This document shows, in pieces, positions 9,198 to 23,267 of a stretch of DNA of 64,000 bases; the stretch's first letter is position 1; every line of letters begins with the position of its first letter. Source of the stretch: an uncultured bacterium (GTDB lineage: Bacteria; Hydrogenedentota; Hydrogenedentia; Hydrogenedentales; JAEUWI01); the NCBI GenBank assembly GCA_963977445.1, contig CAXBPH010000002.1, positions 15,809-79,808 on the forward strand, given 5' to 3'. The translations under genes were made by a program, and so were the position numbers. Below the pieces are notes generated by a model. It had not been told where the DNA came from. It made no database searches and saw only the letters and a program-made list of their open reading frames with translations.

Positions 9198-12100
9198 TTA
9201 TGCTGAGGGCTTGGGTTGGCCCGTTACGCCTTGCAGGGGGAGCCACAGTACGACGGTCGTGCCTTCACCGATCGTGCTGAAGAACTTCAGGCCTCCGTTA
9301 TGTTTTGTCATGATGTCATGGGCAATGGGCACGCCGAGCCCAATGCCAAAACCCCGGGTGCTGTAGAGGGGCTCGAATATTTTCACCAAATCTTCTTGCG
9401 CAATACCCGGACCGTTGTCGATAACGTGCAATTCATAGCGGTCTTCCAGGAAGCAGTTTCGCAAGGTGATCCGCCTACCGTCGATGGCGTTCTCCAAGAG
9501 CGATTGCACGGCGTTGTTGACGACATTGATCACGGCCCGTCGAAACTCTTCGGGGTCAAAATGTACGACTCGGTCACACTGAAGATCGAAATCCACCTTG
9601 ATCGCGTTGGGCACGTCAAGGTCCTCGATAATCTGTTTGATCCATAGAGGAGACTGAACCGGCTCCAGACGGAGTGCACGATTGCGGGTGAAGTCGAGGA
9701 GTTCCTCTATTATCCGGTCGCAGCGCACGATGCTTCTCTCACTGCGCTCGAGGGCGCGCTCCAGATCCAGGCCAGCCTCACGTACCTTTCGGGCAATCAG
9801 ATAGAGGGTACCCTTCAGGGTGCCCAGTGGGTTTCTCAATTCGTGACTCACTACGGCGGTTATTTGCCCCATAGTGGCCAGGCGCTCCTGGCGCACCAGC
9901 GCGCGCTGCGCTTCTTCGAGTGCCTGGGTTCGTTCTTCCACCAGGCCTTCCAATTGCTCGAAGTGTAGATTCAGTCGTTTTTCCGCCTGGATTCGTTCCC
10001 GAATTTCCGACATGAGTTGCTTGTTGGATTCGGAAAGTGCGGCCTCGTTGAACCTCAATGCCTGATAGGTTCGCGCCCGCTGCACCAGGGCCGCAATGAC
10101 GACGGATAGGAGGAAGAGGGTTCCCAGCACGAGAGGTGGGTATTGCCAAAGCGGGCGGTCCACCCGAAAGTCTACCGTCGCCGGGGTTGGGTCTTCATTG
10201 CGATCCCTGTCAACGGCGGCCACTTCCAGTGTATAGGCGCCCGAAGAAAGGGGTGTCGTAACCAACGTGGTTTTTGAATCGTAATTGCTCCACGACGTCA
10301 GGGGTGTGCCATCCTTTCCGTTCAAGAGACGCCAGGAATACAGAAGCTCGTGGGTCGGTGTCTCTTCCCAGGCATCGTGGGCGGAGAAGAAAAAAGTTCC
10401 AATCCCGTGGTTTGGTACACGGCGATTGGGTGCGACAACGGTCGTTTCCGGCGGGACTCGGTCGGGGGTGTAAAGATACGTAAATTCGTTGTTCGCGTTG
10501 ACCCAGAGCCGATGATCCTGCCCTTCGACTAGATTGCGAATGGCCGCGTTGGGCAGGCCCGTATCATAAGCGAAGTTCAACCACCGATTATCGCGAAACG
10601 ACGCAAGCCCCACACGCCGATACGCAACCCACACGGTCCCATCGCTGCATTCTTTTATCAACGAGATGGAATGATGATCCAATCCGTCTTTTGAACCAAT
10701 TTGGCGGAAATGCCCATCAGACAGAACGTAGATTCCCGAGCCATGGCTTCCAAACCAAAGTTCACCGTTACTCATGGCACCGATGGTGTGAATCTCATCG
10801 TCAGGAACGAGACCCTCTGCTTCGCCATACCGGGTAACGACGCCGTGGTCCCACCGCTCTATTTCACCGTTCAACCCGATGTAGAAGACACCGGGCTCTA
10901 CTTCGTATGCGGTATAGGCCCATCGCCTATCGTAGGCCGGATCTTTGGGAACGCGAACCCATTGGTCACCATTGAGTTCGTGTATGCCGTCTTCGGCGAA
11001 AAACCAGATGGCACCGGCCTGGGTCCGGAAGAGATCGGCCCGCTCATTTTTTTCGGGCAGGTCAACTACGCTGACCGTGGTGCCCGAGTCTGGGTCGATC
11101 GCGAGCAACTGTTTGCTCGAAAGACCCCAGAGCACGGTATCGCCGGGGAAGGACCAAAAACTGTCGAAAGGATCGGTCGCTTCGATTTGGCCCTGGGTGA
11201 CCCATGAATCACCTTGAAGGTGTGCGACATCCAGATTGCTTCGAATCGAGATCAAGGCACCGGCCTGCCTGGGGCTTTCCAGCAAGGCCAGGGTCCCATG
11301 GTCTTTTTCACCCGTGACGGCGACTCTCCACGAGGGTAAGGCACCACGGATCAGGCCTTCCCGCGTGCCGACCCATGCGACGCCATCGGTTGAAACGTGG
11401 AGGCACGTGATGTCTGGCGAGCCGACTCCGGCACCCAGATCAATCCGTTGAACCTCCTCGCCCTGGCGTTGAAAGAGTCCCGACTCGGTGCCCACGTAGA
11501 TAGTTCCATCGACGTTGGAATACAGCGTGTGCACAGACGCGGGCACATCGGCTACAGGCTTCCATGCGCCATTCTGCAGGTGATAGATGGTCCGCCCATT
11601 ATTCAGCGCGGCCCAGAGCCCGTGGTCTTCGCCGGGTTGGTCGATCCAGGTAATTAACTTGACGGCGCGATCGTTGCTAAAGGCTTGGAGTCCGTTTTCG
11701 TCCAACGAGGCCCAACCACCGTGGCGAAATGTGAACCAGAGTGTTCCGGAGGGCGTTTCCACGATACGACTGATTCGATTGGTCGCGTCGGCATCTCCCG
11801 ACTGGATAACCGTCCAGCGGGTAGGGTCATTTCTGAAGGCCTCCAGGGGGGCGTCAATGTCGGAGACTTGAAGTATGGTCCCATCATACAGGCCTAAAAT
11901 CAGCGAGTTTCCCAAGCTAGCGTGAATCTGCTGGACGTTTCCGTTGGGCAGGCCCGGCGTATTTTCTGGCGTGAAGGCATGGAGAATGCCCTCACGAATA
12001 CAAGCGAGCCCCTTGGTGGTGCTGATCCACAGGGTACCGTCCTGGGCGAGACTGAGTCGGCGGACCCAGTTGGAGGGCAGCCCATCGGTGGTTTTGTACA

Positions 12101-12389
12101 TTTTCCATTCGGTGCCGTCCACCGACAGCAGCCCGCTGCCCCAGGTGGAAATCCAGACTTGACCGTGTCCATCCTCCAAAATGTCGCGAACATTTGGTTG
12201 TGGCGGCCCTTCAGGAACGGGCAGACGTCGGAAGTTCCAGGGAGTTAACGGTGCCGCACTTAGCGCGCAAGGAAAAGCCAGGCTACATAGTACGCACAAC
12301 AGAAACTTGGAATGCCAAAGGCGTCGGGACGAAATTTTCTCCCGGTATCGACTGCGGTTGACTCGATAGATAGATCTGAATTGCCCCAC
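9198..12389 (-). CDS. Beta-propeller (two-component regulator propeller) membrane sensor histidine kinase
   Basis: Repeats 'DGLPSNWV...DGTLWIST'; Y_Y_Y-like segment; TM helix; H-box VSHELRNPL; DNGPGI, GIGLG; start uncertain. Confidence 0.88.
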   Translation of the reverse strand: MGQFRSIYRVNRSRYREKISSRRLWHSKFLLCVLCSLAFPCALSAAPLTPWNFRRLPVPEGPPQPNVRDILEDGHGQVWISTWGSGLLSVDGTEWKMYKTTDGLPSNWVRRLSLAQDGTLWISTTKGLACIREGILHAFTPENTPGLPNGNVQQIHASLGNSLILGLYDGTILQVSDIDAPLEAFRNDPTRWTVIQSGDADATNRISRIVETPSGTLWFTFRHGGWASLDENGLQAFSNDRAVKLITWIDQPGEDHGLWAALNNGRTIYHLQNGAWKPVADVPASVHTLYSNVDGTIYVGTESGLFQRQGEEVQRIDLGAGVGSPDITCLHVSTDGVAWVGTREGLIRGALPSWRVAVTGEKDHGTLALLESPRQAGALISIRSNLDVAHLQGDSWVTQGQIEATDPFDSFWSFPGDTVLWGLSSKQLLAIDPDSGTTVSVVDLPEKNERADLFRTQAGAIWFFAEDGIHELNGDQWVRVPKDPAYDRRWAYTAYEVEPGVFYIGLNGEIERWDHGVVTRYGEAEGLVPDDEIHTIGAMSNGELWFGSHGSGIYVLSDGHFRQIGSKDGLDHHSISLIKECSDGTVWVAYRRVGLASFRDNRWLNFAYDTGLPNAAIRNLVEGQDHRLWVNANNEFTYLYTPDRVPPETTVVAPNRRVPNHGIGTFFFSAHDAWEETPTHELLYSWRLLNGKDGTPLTSWSNYDSKTTLVTTPLSSGAYTLEVAAVDRDRNEDPTPATVDFRVDRPLWQYPPLVLGTLFLLSVVIAALVQRARTYQALRFNEAALSESNKQLMSEIRERIQAEKRLNLHFEQLEGLVEERTQALEEAQRALVRQERLATMGQITAVVSHELRNPLGTLKGTLYLIARKVREAGLDLERALERSERSIVRCDRIIEELLDFTRNRALRLEPVQSPLWIKQIIEDLDVPNAIKVDFDLQCDRVVHFDPEEFRRAVINVVNNAVQSLLENAIDGRRITLRNCFLEDRYELHVIDNGPGIAQEDLVKIFEPLYSTRGFGIGLGVPIAHDIMTKHNGGLKFFSTIGEGTTVVLWLPLQGVTGQPKPSA

Positions 12390-12468
12390 GACGATTGGCG
12401 TGCTCCCATTGGTTTTTATGGTTGCCTACGACTGGAATCAGTGTACCACACGAATATCGTTTTAAGCG

Positions 12469-15297
12469 CTACTTCAGGCGGGAGGCCAACAACTCCGCCA
12501 TGTGTATCGGCTCCGTGTCACCCAGATGGGTAAGCTGGTGACGACAGCTGGTGCCGGAGGCCACGAGCGTCGTGCCGGGCTCCAATGCATCCACCTGGGC
12601 CAACAGGGGGGCAGCCACCAGTTTGGATAATTCGTATTTGGCGTCCATGCTGCCAAAGGCCCCCGCCATGCCACAACACCCTGTTTCGAGCAGCTTCACT
12701 TCATTGTTTGGAATGGCACGGGCCAGGGTCGTCATGGTGCTGGCGTTGGTCAGTGCCTTTGCGTGGCAGTGGCCGTGGATAGCCGTTTTCATGGGCTCGT
12801 CGCGAAAGGGAATCGCGTCGGGCTCTTTCTTTAACAGGGCGGCGATGAAATGCTCAAAGAGGAAGCAACGCTTCGCGATGGTCTCGGCGCCCTCAATACC
12901 CAATTCCCGATAGTCCTCCGCAAACATGGAATAACACGAAGGCTCGAGGAAAACAACGGGACTGTCGGACCCGGCCAGCAGGGAAAGATTTTTTTCGCCA
13001 AAGGCCTTGGCGACGTCGAGACGACCCGTGCTGAATGCCGGCCGTCCACAGCACGCGCGCTGCGTCAGTAAGGAGACGGTGAATCCGGCCGCTTCGAGGA
13101 CCTTTACGGCCGCCTGGCCAATATTGGGTTCGTTGTGGCGGACAAAGCAGTCATCCCACAGGTAGACGGTGCCCCGTTCACCCGGAATGGTCGGGAGACT
13201 GCGGCGGTTAAACCACGTGTCGAAGCGCTCTAACGCATAGGGAGGTAAGGGGCGCTCCATGGAGAAGCCCGCGAAACGTTTCAGGAGTTTTCGCAACCAG
13301 GTCCATTGAAGACTGGCATTGGTGACCCGCGGCATGATGCTGCCGAAGGTGCCCAACAAATCCACACGACTTACCAGGCGGGCCGAAAGGGGCACACCAA
13401 ACTTCCGATGACGGGCGTAGAGCAACTCGGCTTTCAGCAAGGCCATGTTTACGTTGGAAGGGCATTCCGCGGTGCAGGCTTTGCACGAAAGGCAGTTGCT
13501 CAGGGCCGAATCCAGCGACTCAGAGAGCAAGGGGTCACGGTCGGGGTCCAGGCGGCCCTCCAGGACCGCGCGGATGGTGTTGGCGCGCCCACGGGTGGCC
13601 ATCACGTCTTCGCCCGTAGCGAGGAAGGTGGGGCACATGGTGGGTGTGGGTTTGCGACATCCGCCACAGCCGTTGCACTGCTCCAGATTGCCCACGAAGG
13701 AGCCGTCTTTCGCCGCAAACTGTAAGACGGGCGTAAAGGGCAGTTCGGTGAGCTTGGAGCCGGCACCCTGGCGCAAATTGGTGTCGATGGCATAGCGGTC
13801 GTCGGGAAAAAGCTTGCCGGGATTCATCAGTTGCTTTGGATCGAAGTAGACCTTGATCTGCTGCATCACGTCGATGAGTTCGGGCCCAATATGGTCGTCC
13901 ATATACTCGGTGCGGGCAATGCCGACACCATGTTCGGCCGCCAGGGCACCCTTGAACTGGAGCGTAAGGGCCGACACGCCGTCACAAAGACTCCGGAATT
14001 TCTTAATGTCTTCCGCCTTGTGCAGGTCGACCACGGGGCGCACGTGGAGAAGGCCCGATGCGGCATGGCCATAAAACGAGCCCACCAGACCCAGGGGTTT
14101 CATGAGGGATTCGAGACCCGCCACATAGTCCGGCAACTTGTCCGGCGGCACGGCCACGTCTTCGATACCTGCGGTGGGTTTGGCATCGCCTTTACATCCC
14201 GTCAGCAGAGAGAGCCCCGATTTTCGGAGATTGAGGATATGGACCTGATCGGCGGCATCGCGGCACATGCGCTTGCGGAGTCCCACGTTTTTCTTTTCGA
14301 GGGCCGCGAGTTTTTCTTCTACGTTGTCATAGAATTCAACAAGTAAGACGGATTTGCAGGGCTTCTCATCCAGTTCCAGGAAGTCGCGGGCCGCCTGAAA
14401 CTGCAGCTGGCCCCGGGTCTGGTCAAAGAGCACATCATCGATGTGTTCGATGGCAGCGGCACCCAGATCGAGGAGCTCGACCGTCGCCTGCATGGCGTCC
14501 ATGACGGTGGCAAAGAAGATGAGGCCAATGCCCTTTTCCTGGGGAAGGGGCACAAGATCCAGCTCGGCGGAAAATACCGCTGCCAGCGTGCCTTCTGCGC
14601 CACCGAAAACTTTGGCAAAATTTCCCCCGGAACGGAGATAGCGGTCCAGGCCATAGCCGGGCCAGCGCTTGATAATGCCCGTGTGAAAACGGGTCTCGAT
14701 TTCCTGGCGATGTCCTTCAATGAGGGTCTTCAATTCGGGAAACTGGTCCCAGACCTGGTTGTCTTTCAGTCCGATGCTTTCGAAATGCCCGTCGGGGTAC
14801 ACCACTTCCAACGAGCGAACGTGGTCGATGGTCGTGCCATAGAGGGGTACCCGTGCGCCGGAGGAGTTGTTGCCAATCATGCCGCCCAGGGTTGCCCGGG
14901 AGCTGGTGGCCACATCGGGGCCAAAAGCCAGCCCGTGGGGTTTCAAAAAGGCGTTCAGATCATCGAGTACCACCCCGGCACCCACCCGAACCGTCCGGGC
15001 GTCTACGTTCAGCTCGGTGATAGCTTTGTTATAGCGGGCCAGGTCGACGATAACCCCATTTCCGATGGCACCACCGGCGAGTCCGGTTCCCGCGCCGCGG
15101 GGGGTAATGGGTATGCCCTCCTGGATGAGGGCCGGCAACAGGGAGGAAATCTCTTCGATGCTTTTCGGAAATGCCACGGCCTGGGGGACGATCTGGTAAA
15201 TGGACGCGTCGGTCGCATACAGCTGGCGGCTGTGGTCGTCGAATCGGATTTCGCAGGTGGTGGCGTTTTCGAGGCTCTGTTGCAGGGTCGTGGGCAT
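12469..15297 (-). CDS. FAD-linked oxidase/Fe-S oxidoreductase (GlcD-GlcF/YdiJ-like fusion)
   Basis: YATDASIY, PRGAGTGLAG, EHGVG, CNGCGGC, CLSCKACTAECP and two CCG domains. Confidence 0.9.
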   Translation of the reverse strand: MPTTLQQSLENATTCEIRFDDHSRQLYATDASIYQIVPQAVAFPKSIEEISSLLPALIQEGIPITPRGAGTGLAGGAIGNGVIVDLARYNKAITELNVDARTVRVGAGVVLDDLNAFLKPHGLAFGPDVATSSRATLGGMIGNNSSGARVPLYGTTIDHVRSLEVVYPDGHFESIGLKDNQVWDQFPELKTLIEGHRQEIETRFHTGIIKRWPGYGLDRYLRSGGNFAKVFGGAEGTLAAVFSAELDLVPLPQEKGIGLIFFATVMDAMQATVELLDLGAAAIEHIDDVLFDQTRGQLQFQAARDFLELDEKPCKSVLLVEFYDNVEEKLAALEKKNVGLRKRMCRDAADQVHILNLRKSGLSLLTGCKGDAKPTAGIEDVAVPPDKLPDYVAGLESLMKPLGLVGSFYGHAASGLLHVRPVVDLHKAEDIKKFRSLCDGVSALTLQFKGALAAEHGVGIARTEYMDDHIGPELIDVMQQIKVYFDPKQLMNPGKLFPDDRYAIDTNLRQGAGSKLTELPFTPVLQFAAKDGSFVGNLEQCNGCGGCRKPTPTMCPTFLATGEDVMATRGRANTIRAVLEGRLDPDRDPLLSESLDSALSNCLSCKACTAECPSNVNMALLKAELLYARHRKFGVPLSARLVSRVDLLGTFGSIMPRVTNASLQWTWLRKLLKRFAGFSMERPLPPYALERFDTWFNRRSLPTIPGERGTVYLWDDCFVRHNEPNIGQAAVKVLEAAGFTVSLLTQRACCGRPAFSTGRLDVAKAFGEKNLSLLAGSDSPVVFLEPSCYSMFAEDYRELGIEGAETIAKRCFLFEHFIAALLKKEPDAIPFRDEPMKTAIHGHCHAKALTNASTMTTLARAIPNNEVKLLETGCCGMAGAFGSMDAKYELSKLVAAPLLAQVDALEPGTTLVASGTSCRHQLTHLGDTEPIHMAELLASRLK

Positions 15298-15438
15298 GGT
15301 TCTACTCGTGGTGATACTGCGGGTTGGCCGCGCTCCGTGGAGGTCTCAATAAAGCGGGCTACAAGGTTCTATTGTACTATAGGCGGCGGTACCAATTGTA
15401 CGGAGAAAGCGCCCTGGGTTGCGGGCCCTCAAACGGAA

Positions 15439-15478
15439 AAAGGGACCTGGAGGGCGTAAACGTCCCACAGGTCCCTTT
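15439..15478 (-). terminator. Rho-independent terminator hairpin
   Basis: AAAGGGACCTG...CAGGTCCCTTT just downstream of the symporter stop. Confidence 0.7.
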
Positions 15479-15491
15479 GAGCGGATATTTT

Positions 15492-17051
15492 TTACCAGCG
15501 CGGTTTCATTTCGCCCGCTTTCAGACGCCGGATATAGTCACTCTTCATCGCTTTTACCTTACCGGAGAGGAAAACCATGCCGATAATGTTGGGAAAGGCC
15601 ATGGAGAGCAGCATCATGTCCGCGAAATCGATGACGCTTCCCAGACTGAGCATGGGGCCTAGAATCGCCACGAGCACATAGGCGATCCGGTAGGGACCAA
15701 TGCCTTTTTTTCCTACCAGAAACTCCGTTGCCCGCTCGCCGTAGTAGGACCAGGAAATCAGCGTGGAATAGGCAAATACAAAGACGGCCAGGGCCAGAAA
15801 CCAGCTGAGATAGGGGGACACGGAATTAAAGGCATCTACCGTGATGCTGATGCCCACATTCTTGTCATCTGCCCGCAAGTGAGCACCGGTGCTGAGGATG
15901 GCCAGTGCGGTCATGGTGCAGACGATGGTTGTGTCGATGAAGGGTCCCAACATGGCGACGAGGCCTTCGCGGATGGGCTCTTTGGTCTTGGCTGCCGCAT
16001 GGGCAATGGCCGCCGAGCCGAGACCGGCTTCATTGGAGAAGGCGGCCCGCTTCATGCCCTGGACCAGTACGCCCACGAAGCCACCAAAGGCGGCGTCGGG
16101 ATTGAAGGCCTGCCGGACGATATCGACAAGTATGGTGGGGACCTGGGATGCGTTGGCCAGGACAATAACCAGGCAGACGGCGATATAGCCGATACACATG
16201 GCGGGTACGAGCTTGGAGGTGACATCACCGATTCGCTTGATACCACCGATGATAACGATACCCACCAACACGGCAATGCCGACGCCGAAAATCGGCTCGA
16301 AGATGGGGTAGTTTTCCAGGTGAAATATTTCCCGGGCCACCGCGTAGGTCTGATTCGACTGGAACATGTTGCCGCCGCCAAAAGAGGCCATGATGGTCAA
16401 CACGGCAAAGAGGGGGCCAAAGATGGTGCCCAGCCAGGCCAGGCTCGGAACCTGCTCCTTGATCCCCTTCTTCAGATAGACCATGGGGCCGCCCATGACG
16501 TGGCCATCGGCATCCACCTGGCGATAGACCTGGGCCAACGTGCAGGAAGAAAATTTCATGCTCATGCCGAAGAAGGCCGTCAGCCACATCCAGAAAATAG
16601 CACCGGGCCCGCCCCAGCTGATGGCCACGGCCACACCGGCAATATTTCCCAGGCCTACCGTAGCGGCCAGAGCCGAGGTGAGGGCCTTGAAGTGAGAAAT
16701 TTCACCCGGATCATTCGGGTCATCGAAACGTCCGCGAACTACGTCGATGGCGTGGCGAAAGAGGCGTATATTGATGTAGCGATAACGGGTACTGAAGAAA
16801 ATACCGCCAGAAACCAATACGAGGATAATGAAAGGGATGTGGAAGATTTCAAAGAACAACACCGGCGCAAAGACTTTGTCTACCATCCATCCAAATACAG
16901 CGTCGATCTGCTCCTGCAGGCCCACCGTGCTGGCCACCGCGGTATCTGCGGCCTCCTGGGCCTGAGCGGCGGTGTGCATAAGCATGAGTAAGAGCGGGGC
17001 GATCCATGTCCAGTGGCGAGGAGCTATACGAGATCTAAGGGTTTGGCGCAT
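15492..17051 (-). CDS. Alanine/glycine:cation symporter (AGCS/AlsT family)
   Basis: ALAATVGLGNIAGVA, GGPGAIFWMW, GGPMVY, FSNEAGLGSA, FIDT; start uncertain. Confidence 0.92.
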   Translation of the reverse strand: MRQTLRSRIAPRHWTWIAPLLLMLMHTAAQAQEAADTAVASTVGLQEQIDAVFGWMVDKVFAPVLFFEIFHIPFIILVLVSGGIFFSTRYRYINIRLFRHAIDVVRGRFDDPNDPGEISHFKALTSALAATVGLGNIAGVAVAISWGGPGAIFWMWLTAFFGMSMKFSSCTLAQVYRQVDADGHVMGGPMVYLKKGIKEQVPSLAWLGTIFGPLFAVLTIMASFGGGNMFQSNQTYAVAREIFHLENYPIFEPIFGVGIAVLVGIVIIGGIKRIGDVTSKLVPAMCIGYIAVCLVIVLANASQVPTILVDIVRQAFNPDAAFGGFVGVLVQGMKRAAFSNEAGLGSAAIAHAAAKTKEPIREGLVAMLGPFIDTTIVCTMTALAILSTGAHLRADDKNVGISITVDAFNSVSPYLSWFLALAVFVFAYSTLISWSYYGERATEFLVGKKGIGPYRIAYVLVAILGPMLSLGSVIDFADMMLLSMAFPNIIGMVFLSGKVKAMKSDYIRRLKAGEMKPRW

Positions 17052-17245
17052 TAAATTGAGTTCCTTATCAGACGGCATACTGGGGGTTCGGCTCAGGTAT
17101 TCCCACGACCACATGCCGCCCCAGACGACATGTGCCGCATACCCCATTGCACTGCACGGTTATAACGCGGCGCTAACATGGGAATCAAGATTATCCCACC
17201 GGGGACCGCTCCCGTAGTTCTATTCTCCCGGTCAAAAAATTCTGT

Positions 17246-17274
17246 TTGACGTTTTGGGTAAAGTTTACTATACT
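17246..17274 (+). promoter_or_regulatory. Sigma70-type promoter
   Basis: TTGACG-17 nt-TATACT upstream of the small ORF at 17420. Confidence 0.55.
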
Positions 17275-17419
17275 TCATATTCGAACTTTTCTTCACTCTC
17301 TGAATCCACGCCAGTTGAAGCACCAGCGCGTTCAAAATCATTCTGGATTTCTAATTTGGAATCCCTCCTTTCATTCAAGCGCCCTAATACCAACCCTTGA
17401 ACTGCTGGAGGTGTCCATC

Positions 17420-17614
17420 GTGGCCGTGTTTAAATTCAGAGCATATACTGAAGGTAAAGAAGATGAAGATCATTATGAGAAAGGAACTGTAGTCGCGCGA
17501 GATCAAGCCGACGCCCGTGACAAATTGCGTCGGGAGCGTTTTACGAACATCAAACTCAAACAAATGCGTGGTGTAGCAGCATTCATGCGCCAGTTCACCG
17601 CTGATTTTCGTTAA
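17420..17614 (+). CDS. Small (64 aa) protein resembling the N-terminal extension of PilC/GspF
   Basis: GGAGGT RBS + GTG; MAVFKFRAY...KGTVVARDQADARDKLRR. Confidence 0.6.
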   Translation: MAVFKFRAYTEGKEDEDHYEKGTVVARDQADARDKLRRERFTNIKLKQMRGVAAFMRQFTADFR

Positions 17615-17757
17615 CGTCATCGGCTGCCCCGTCCCAAAGACCGGGGAACGATTTACTGGAGAGAATCGGGGGCATTCTTTCTTTGTACCTTCCGGGAATA
17701 CCGGACGTCGGAACCATTGTCGCCTATTCCGACAGGTATCCATCGCAAATCGGCCCC

Positions 17758-18543
17758 TTACCCACCTTTCGGATTGCCGGCTGCCCTGTATTCGACGAGT
17801 GCCAGGGCGAATACGTCGACATGGGCCGCCTGTGCCCGCCGCAAGGCCCGGGCGCATTCTTCGACGGTTCCCCCTGATGTGACCACGTCGTCAATGAGGA
17901 GGATACGTTTTCCGGCGAGTCGGTCCCCGTCTACCGCGAATGCGCCGCGCACGTTATCCACCCGTTTCTGACCCGCCAGTTTACTTTGGGTTCGGGTAGG
18001 ACGAATACGTTTCAGGTCTTCGGCGACGTCTGCATTCACAAAGATTTCGCTACATTCCCGAGCGAGCAAGGTGGATTGATTGTATCCCCGTTCACGAAGG
18101 CGTACCCGGTGAAGGGGCACGGGAACAAGAAAGTCATAAGCGTCCAGCTCCATATGTGCAGCGGCAAACTGACACATGAGTTCTCCCAGGGGCCTGGCGA
18201 GCCTATAGGTATCATGAAACTTGAGGGCCTGAATCGCATCGGCCATGACCCCATCATAGAGCACGGCCCCGTAGATACGTCCCACGGCTTCGGGCGGGTG
18301 CTCCCTGCAACTGGCGCAGGGAAAGTTTCGGCGGCTACCGAGCCCAACCATGGCGGTATGGGGCCGTCCACACAAGGGGCAGAGGGGTTCTTCAATTCGG
18401 GGGGCCAACTCCCAACAGGTGGGGCAAACGTATCCATTCTCTTCGGACAGCAGGCGTTCACGGCAGTTAAGACAAAATATAGGGAAGCACAGGTTTTTTG
18501 CCGCCAGTGTCCAGGCCTGTATATGTTGTCCGGAAGGTGCCAC
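17758..18543 (-). CDS. comF: ComF family protein (double zinc ribbon + phosphoribosyltransferase)
   Basis: CxxC pairs; VPVPLH...RERGYNQS; R..NVRGAF; LLIDDVVTSGGT. Confidence 0.9.
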   Translation of the reverse strand: MAPSGQHIQAWTLAAKNLCFPIFCLNCRERLLSEENGYVCPTCWELAPRIEEPLCPLCGRPHTAMVGLGSRRNFPCASCREHPPEAVGRIYGAVLYDGVMADAIQALKFHDTYRLARPLGELMCQFAAAHMELDAYDFLVPVPLHRVRLRERGYNQSTLLARECSEIFVNADVAEDLKRIRPTRTQSKLAGQKRVDNVRGAFAVDGDRLAGKRILLIDDVVTSGGTVEECARALRRAQAAHVDVFALALVEYRAAGNPKGG

Positions 18544-18622
18544 GGTCGCCCTCTACATCCGTTTTTGCCCGTTGGATTGGCTCTTCGGGGTGCAGGAAAG
18601 GAAGGACGATAGGGTGTGTCGG

Positions 18623-21757
<3,135 letters not shown>

Positions 21758-21902
21758 CGGTCAACGACCTCACAGGACTCAGAGCGATGCGCCAACCCCT
21801 GGCACGAGCTCCCATCCGTTCCGTCTATGATCGCAGAATACAGGCGATTCGTCAACACCCTCCGCGGGCGCGATTTTTAGTGGCGATGTGTCCCTGTTTG
21901 TG

Positions 21903-22697
21903 TCACTCGTTGCCCAGAAAACCTGTCAGCGGTGACGAGGCGGCGGCGGTACTCCGTTCGGGGCCGAGTCCCGCGACATAGGCCATTCGACCGGCTTCCG
22001 TCGCCAGGGCAAAGGCCCGGGCCATGGGGCCGTGGTCCCGGGCGTCGGCCAGGGCCGTGTTCACGAGCACCGCATCGGCACCCATTTCCATCGCCTCGGC
22101 GGCGTGGGAGGGTGCACCGAGACCGGCATCCACCACGACGGGAATATTGCTCTGCTCGATGATGATACGAATCATTTCTTTCGTTCGAATACCCCGATTG
22201 CTTCCGATCGGCGCGCCCAGGGGCATTACCGTTGCCGTGCCCACTTCTTCCAGACGTTTCGCGAGTATGGGGTCGGCCTGGATGTAGGGTAAAACGACAA
22301 AGCCTTCCTTCACCAGAATTTCCGCTGCACGTAGTGTTTCAATGGGGTCGGGAAGCAAGTAGCGGGGCTCAGGGGTCAATTCAAGCTTGACCCAGGGCTC
22401 CAGACCGGCGGCCCGGGCGAGTTTCGCGAGACGAACGGCCTCCTCGGCGGTGCGGGCACCACTGGTGTTGGGCAGAATAAGCTGTTTCGTGGGATCCAGG
22501 GCCGACATGATGCCCTCTTCTTCGGGCTTGCCAAGATCGACGCGGCGGAGGGCCACCGTGATGATTTCGGATCCAGACGCCGCAATAGATTCGCGGAGGG
22601 ACTGGGCAGACGGAAATTTCCCGGTGCCAATCATGAGGCGGGAATTGAAACTGCGGCCAGCGATGATGAGGGGGTCGTTTTGGGGTATGTCTGTCAT
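21903..22697 (-). CDS. thiG: Thiazole synthase
   Basis: [50 protein letters not shown]. Confidence 0.97.
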   Translation of the reverse strand: MTDIPQNDPLIIAGRSFNSRLMIGTGKFPSAQSLRESIAASGSEIITVALRRVDLGKPEEEGIMSALDPTKQLILPNTSGARTAEEAVRLAKLARAAGLEPWVKLELTPEPRYLLPDPIETLRAAEILVKEGFVVLPYIQADPILAKRLEEVGTATVMPLGAPIGSNRGIRTKEMIRIIIEQSNIPVVVDAGLGAPSHAAEAMEMGADAVLVNTALADARDHGPMARAFALATEAGRMAYVAGLGPERSTAAASSPLTGFLGNE

Positions 22698-23075
22698 GGT
22701 CGTTCTGGAAATTCCGGTTTTGCTATGAGGGTGCCGCCCAAAGCGGCAACACAACTTCCTCTATTATGGCAGAATTTCCCCTGGACTAGCACGAAACAGT
22801 CTTTTTCCCTATTGAGGCATCATCTCATCGGTGGTATCATTAGTACATTGCTCATCAAGAAGGCCCAGTGGAAGAGCAAATCAACATGCCGCGACATGCC
22901 GCGTCGGTTGGAGGGGGCTGTGATATGCTACCTGAGCCTTTCGGGCGTTGAGCACGTTGTGGATGAGCATGGTGGCGGAGTTCACGTCCGAATAGGATTC
23001 GACGACGGATAGGAACGGTACGAATTTTCAGGCCGAGTTCTCCGCCAGGTTGAACAGATTCAGGGATTTGGGACT

Positions 23076-23267
23076 ATGGATAGGAAGCACGCAAGACTAA
23101 TTTCGATGTCGGAAAGCGACGATAGCGGCTACGTTCCCGGAACGCCTTCCGAGCGGCTTGCAATGGTCTGGCCATTGACATGTGAAGTGCTAACTTTGAG
23201 TAAGCAATACGATGCTGAACGAAGACTACAAAGACATGTTGCTTGCCTTATCCGGCGAGAAGGTTAA
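23076..23267 (+). CDS. Small hypothetical protein overlapping the nucleotidyltransferase gene
   Basis: 63-aa ORF (TPSERLAMVWPLT...RRLQR) overlapping the next gene by 56 nt. Confidence 0.55.
   Translation: MDRKHARLISMSESDDSGYVPGTPSERLAMVWPLTCEVLTLSKQYDAERRLQRHVACLIRREG

Noticed and set aside
22698..23075. TPP riboswitch upstream of thiG, or a gene remnant
   Set aside because: No CTGAGA/ACCTGA core seen; short coding-like stretches could not be assigned to any family.
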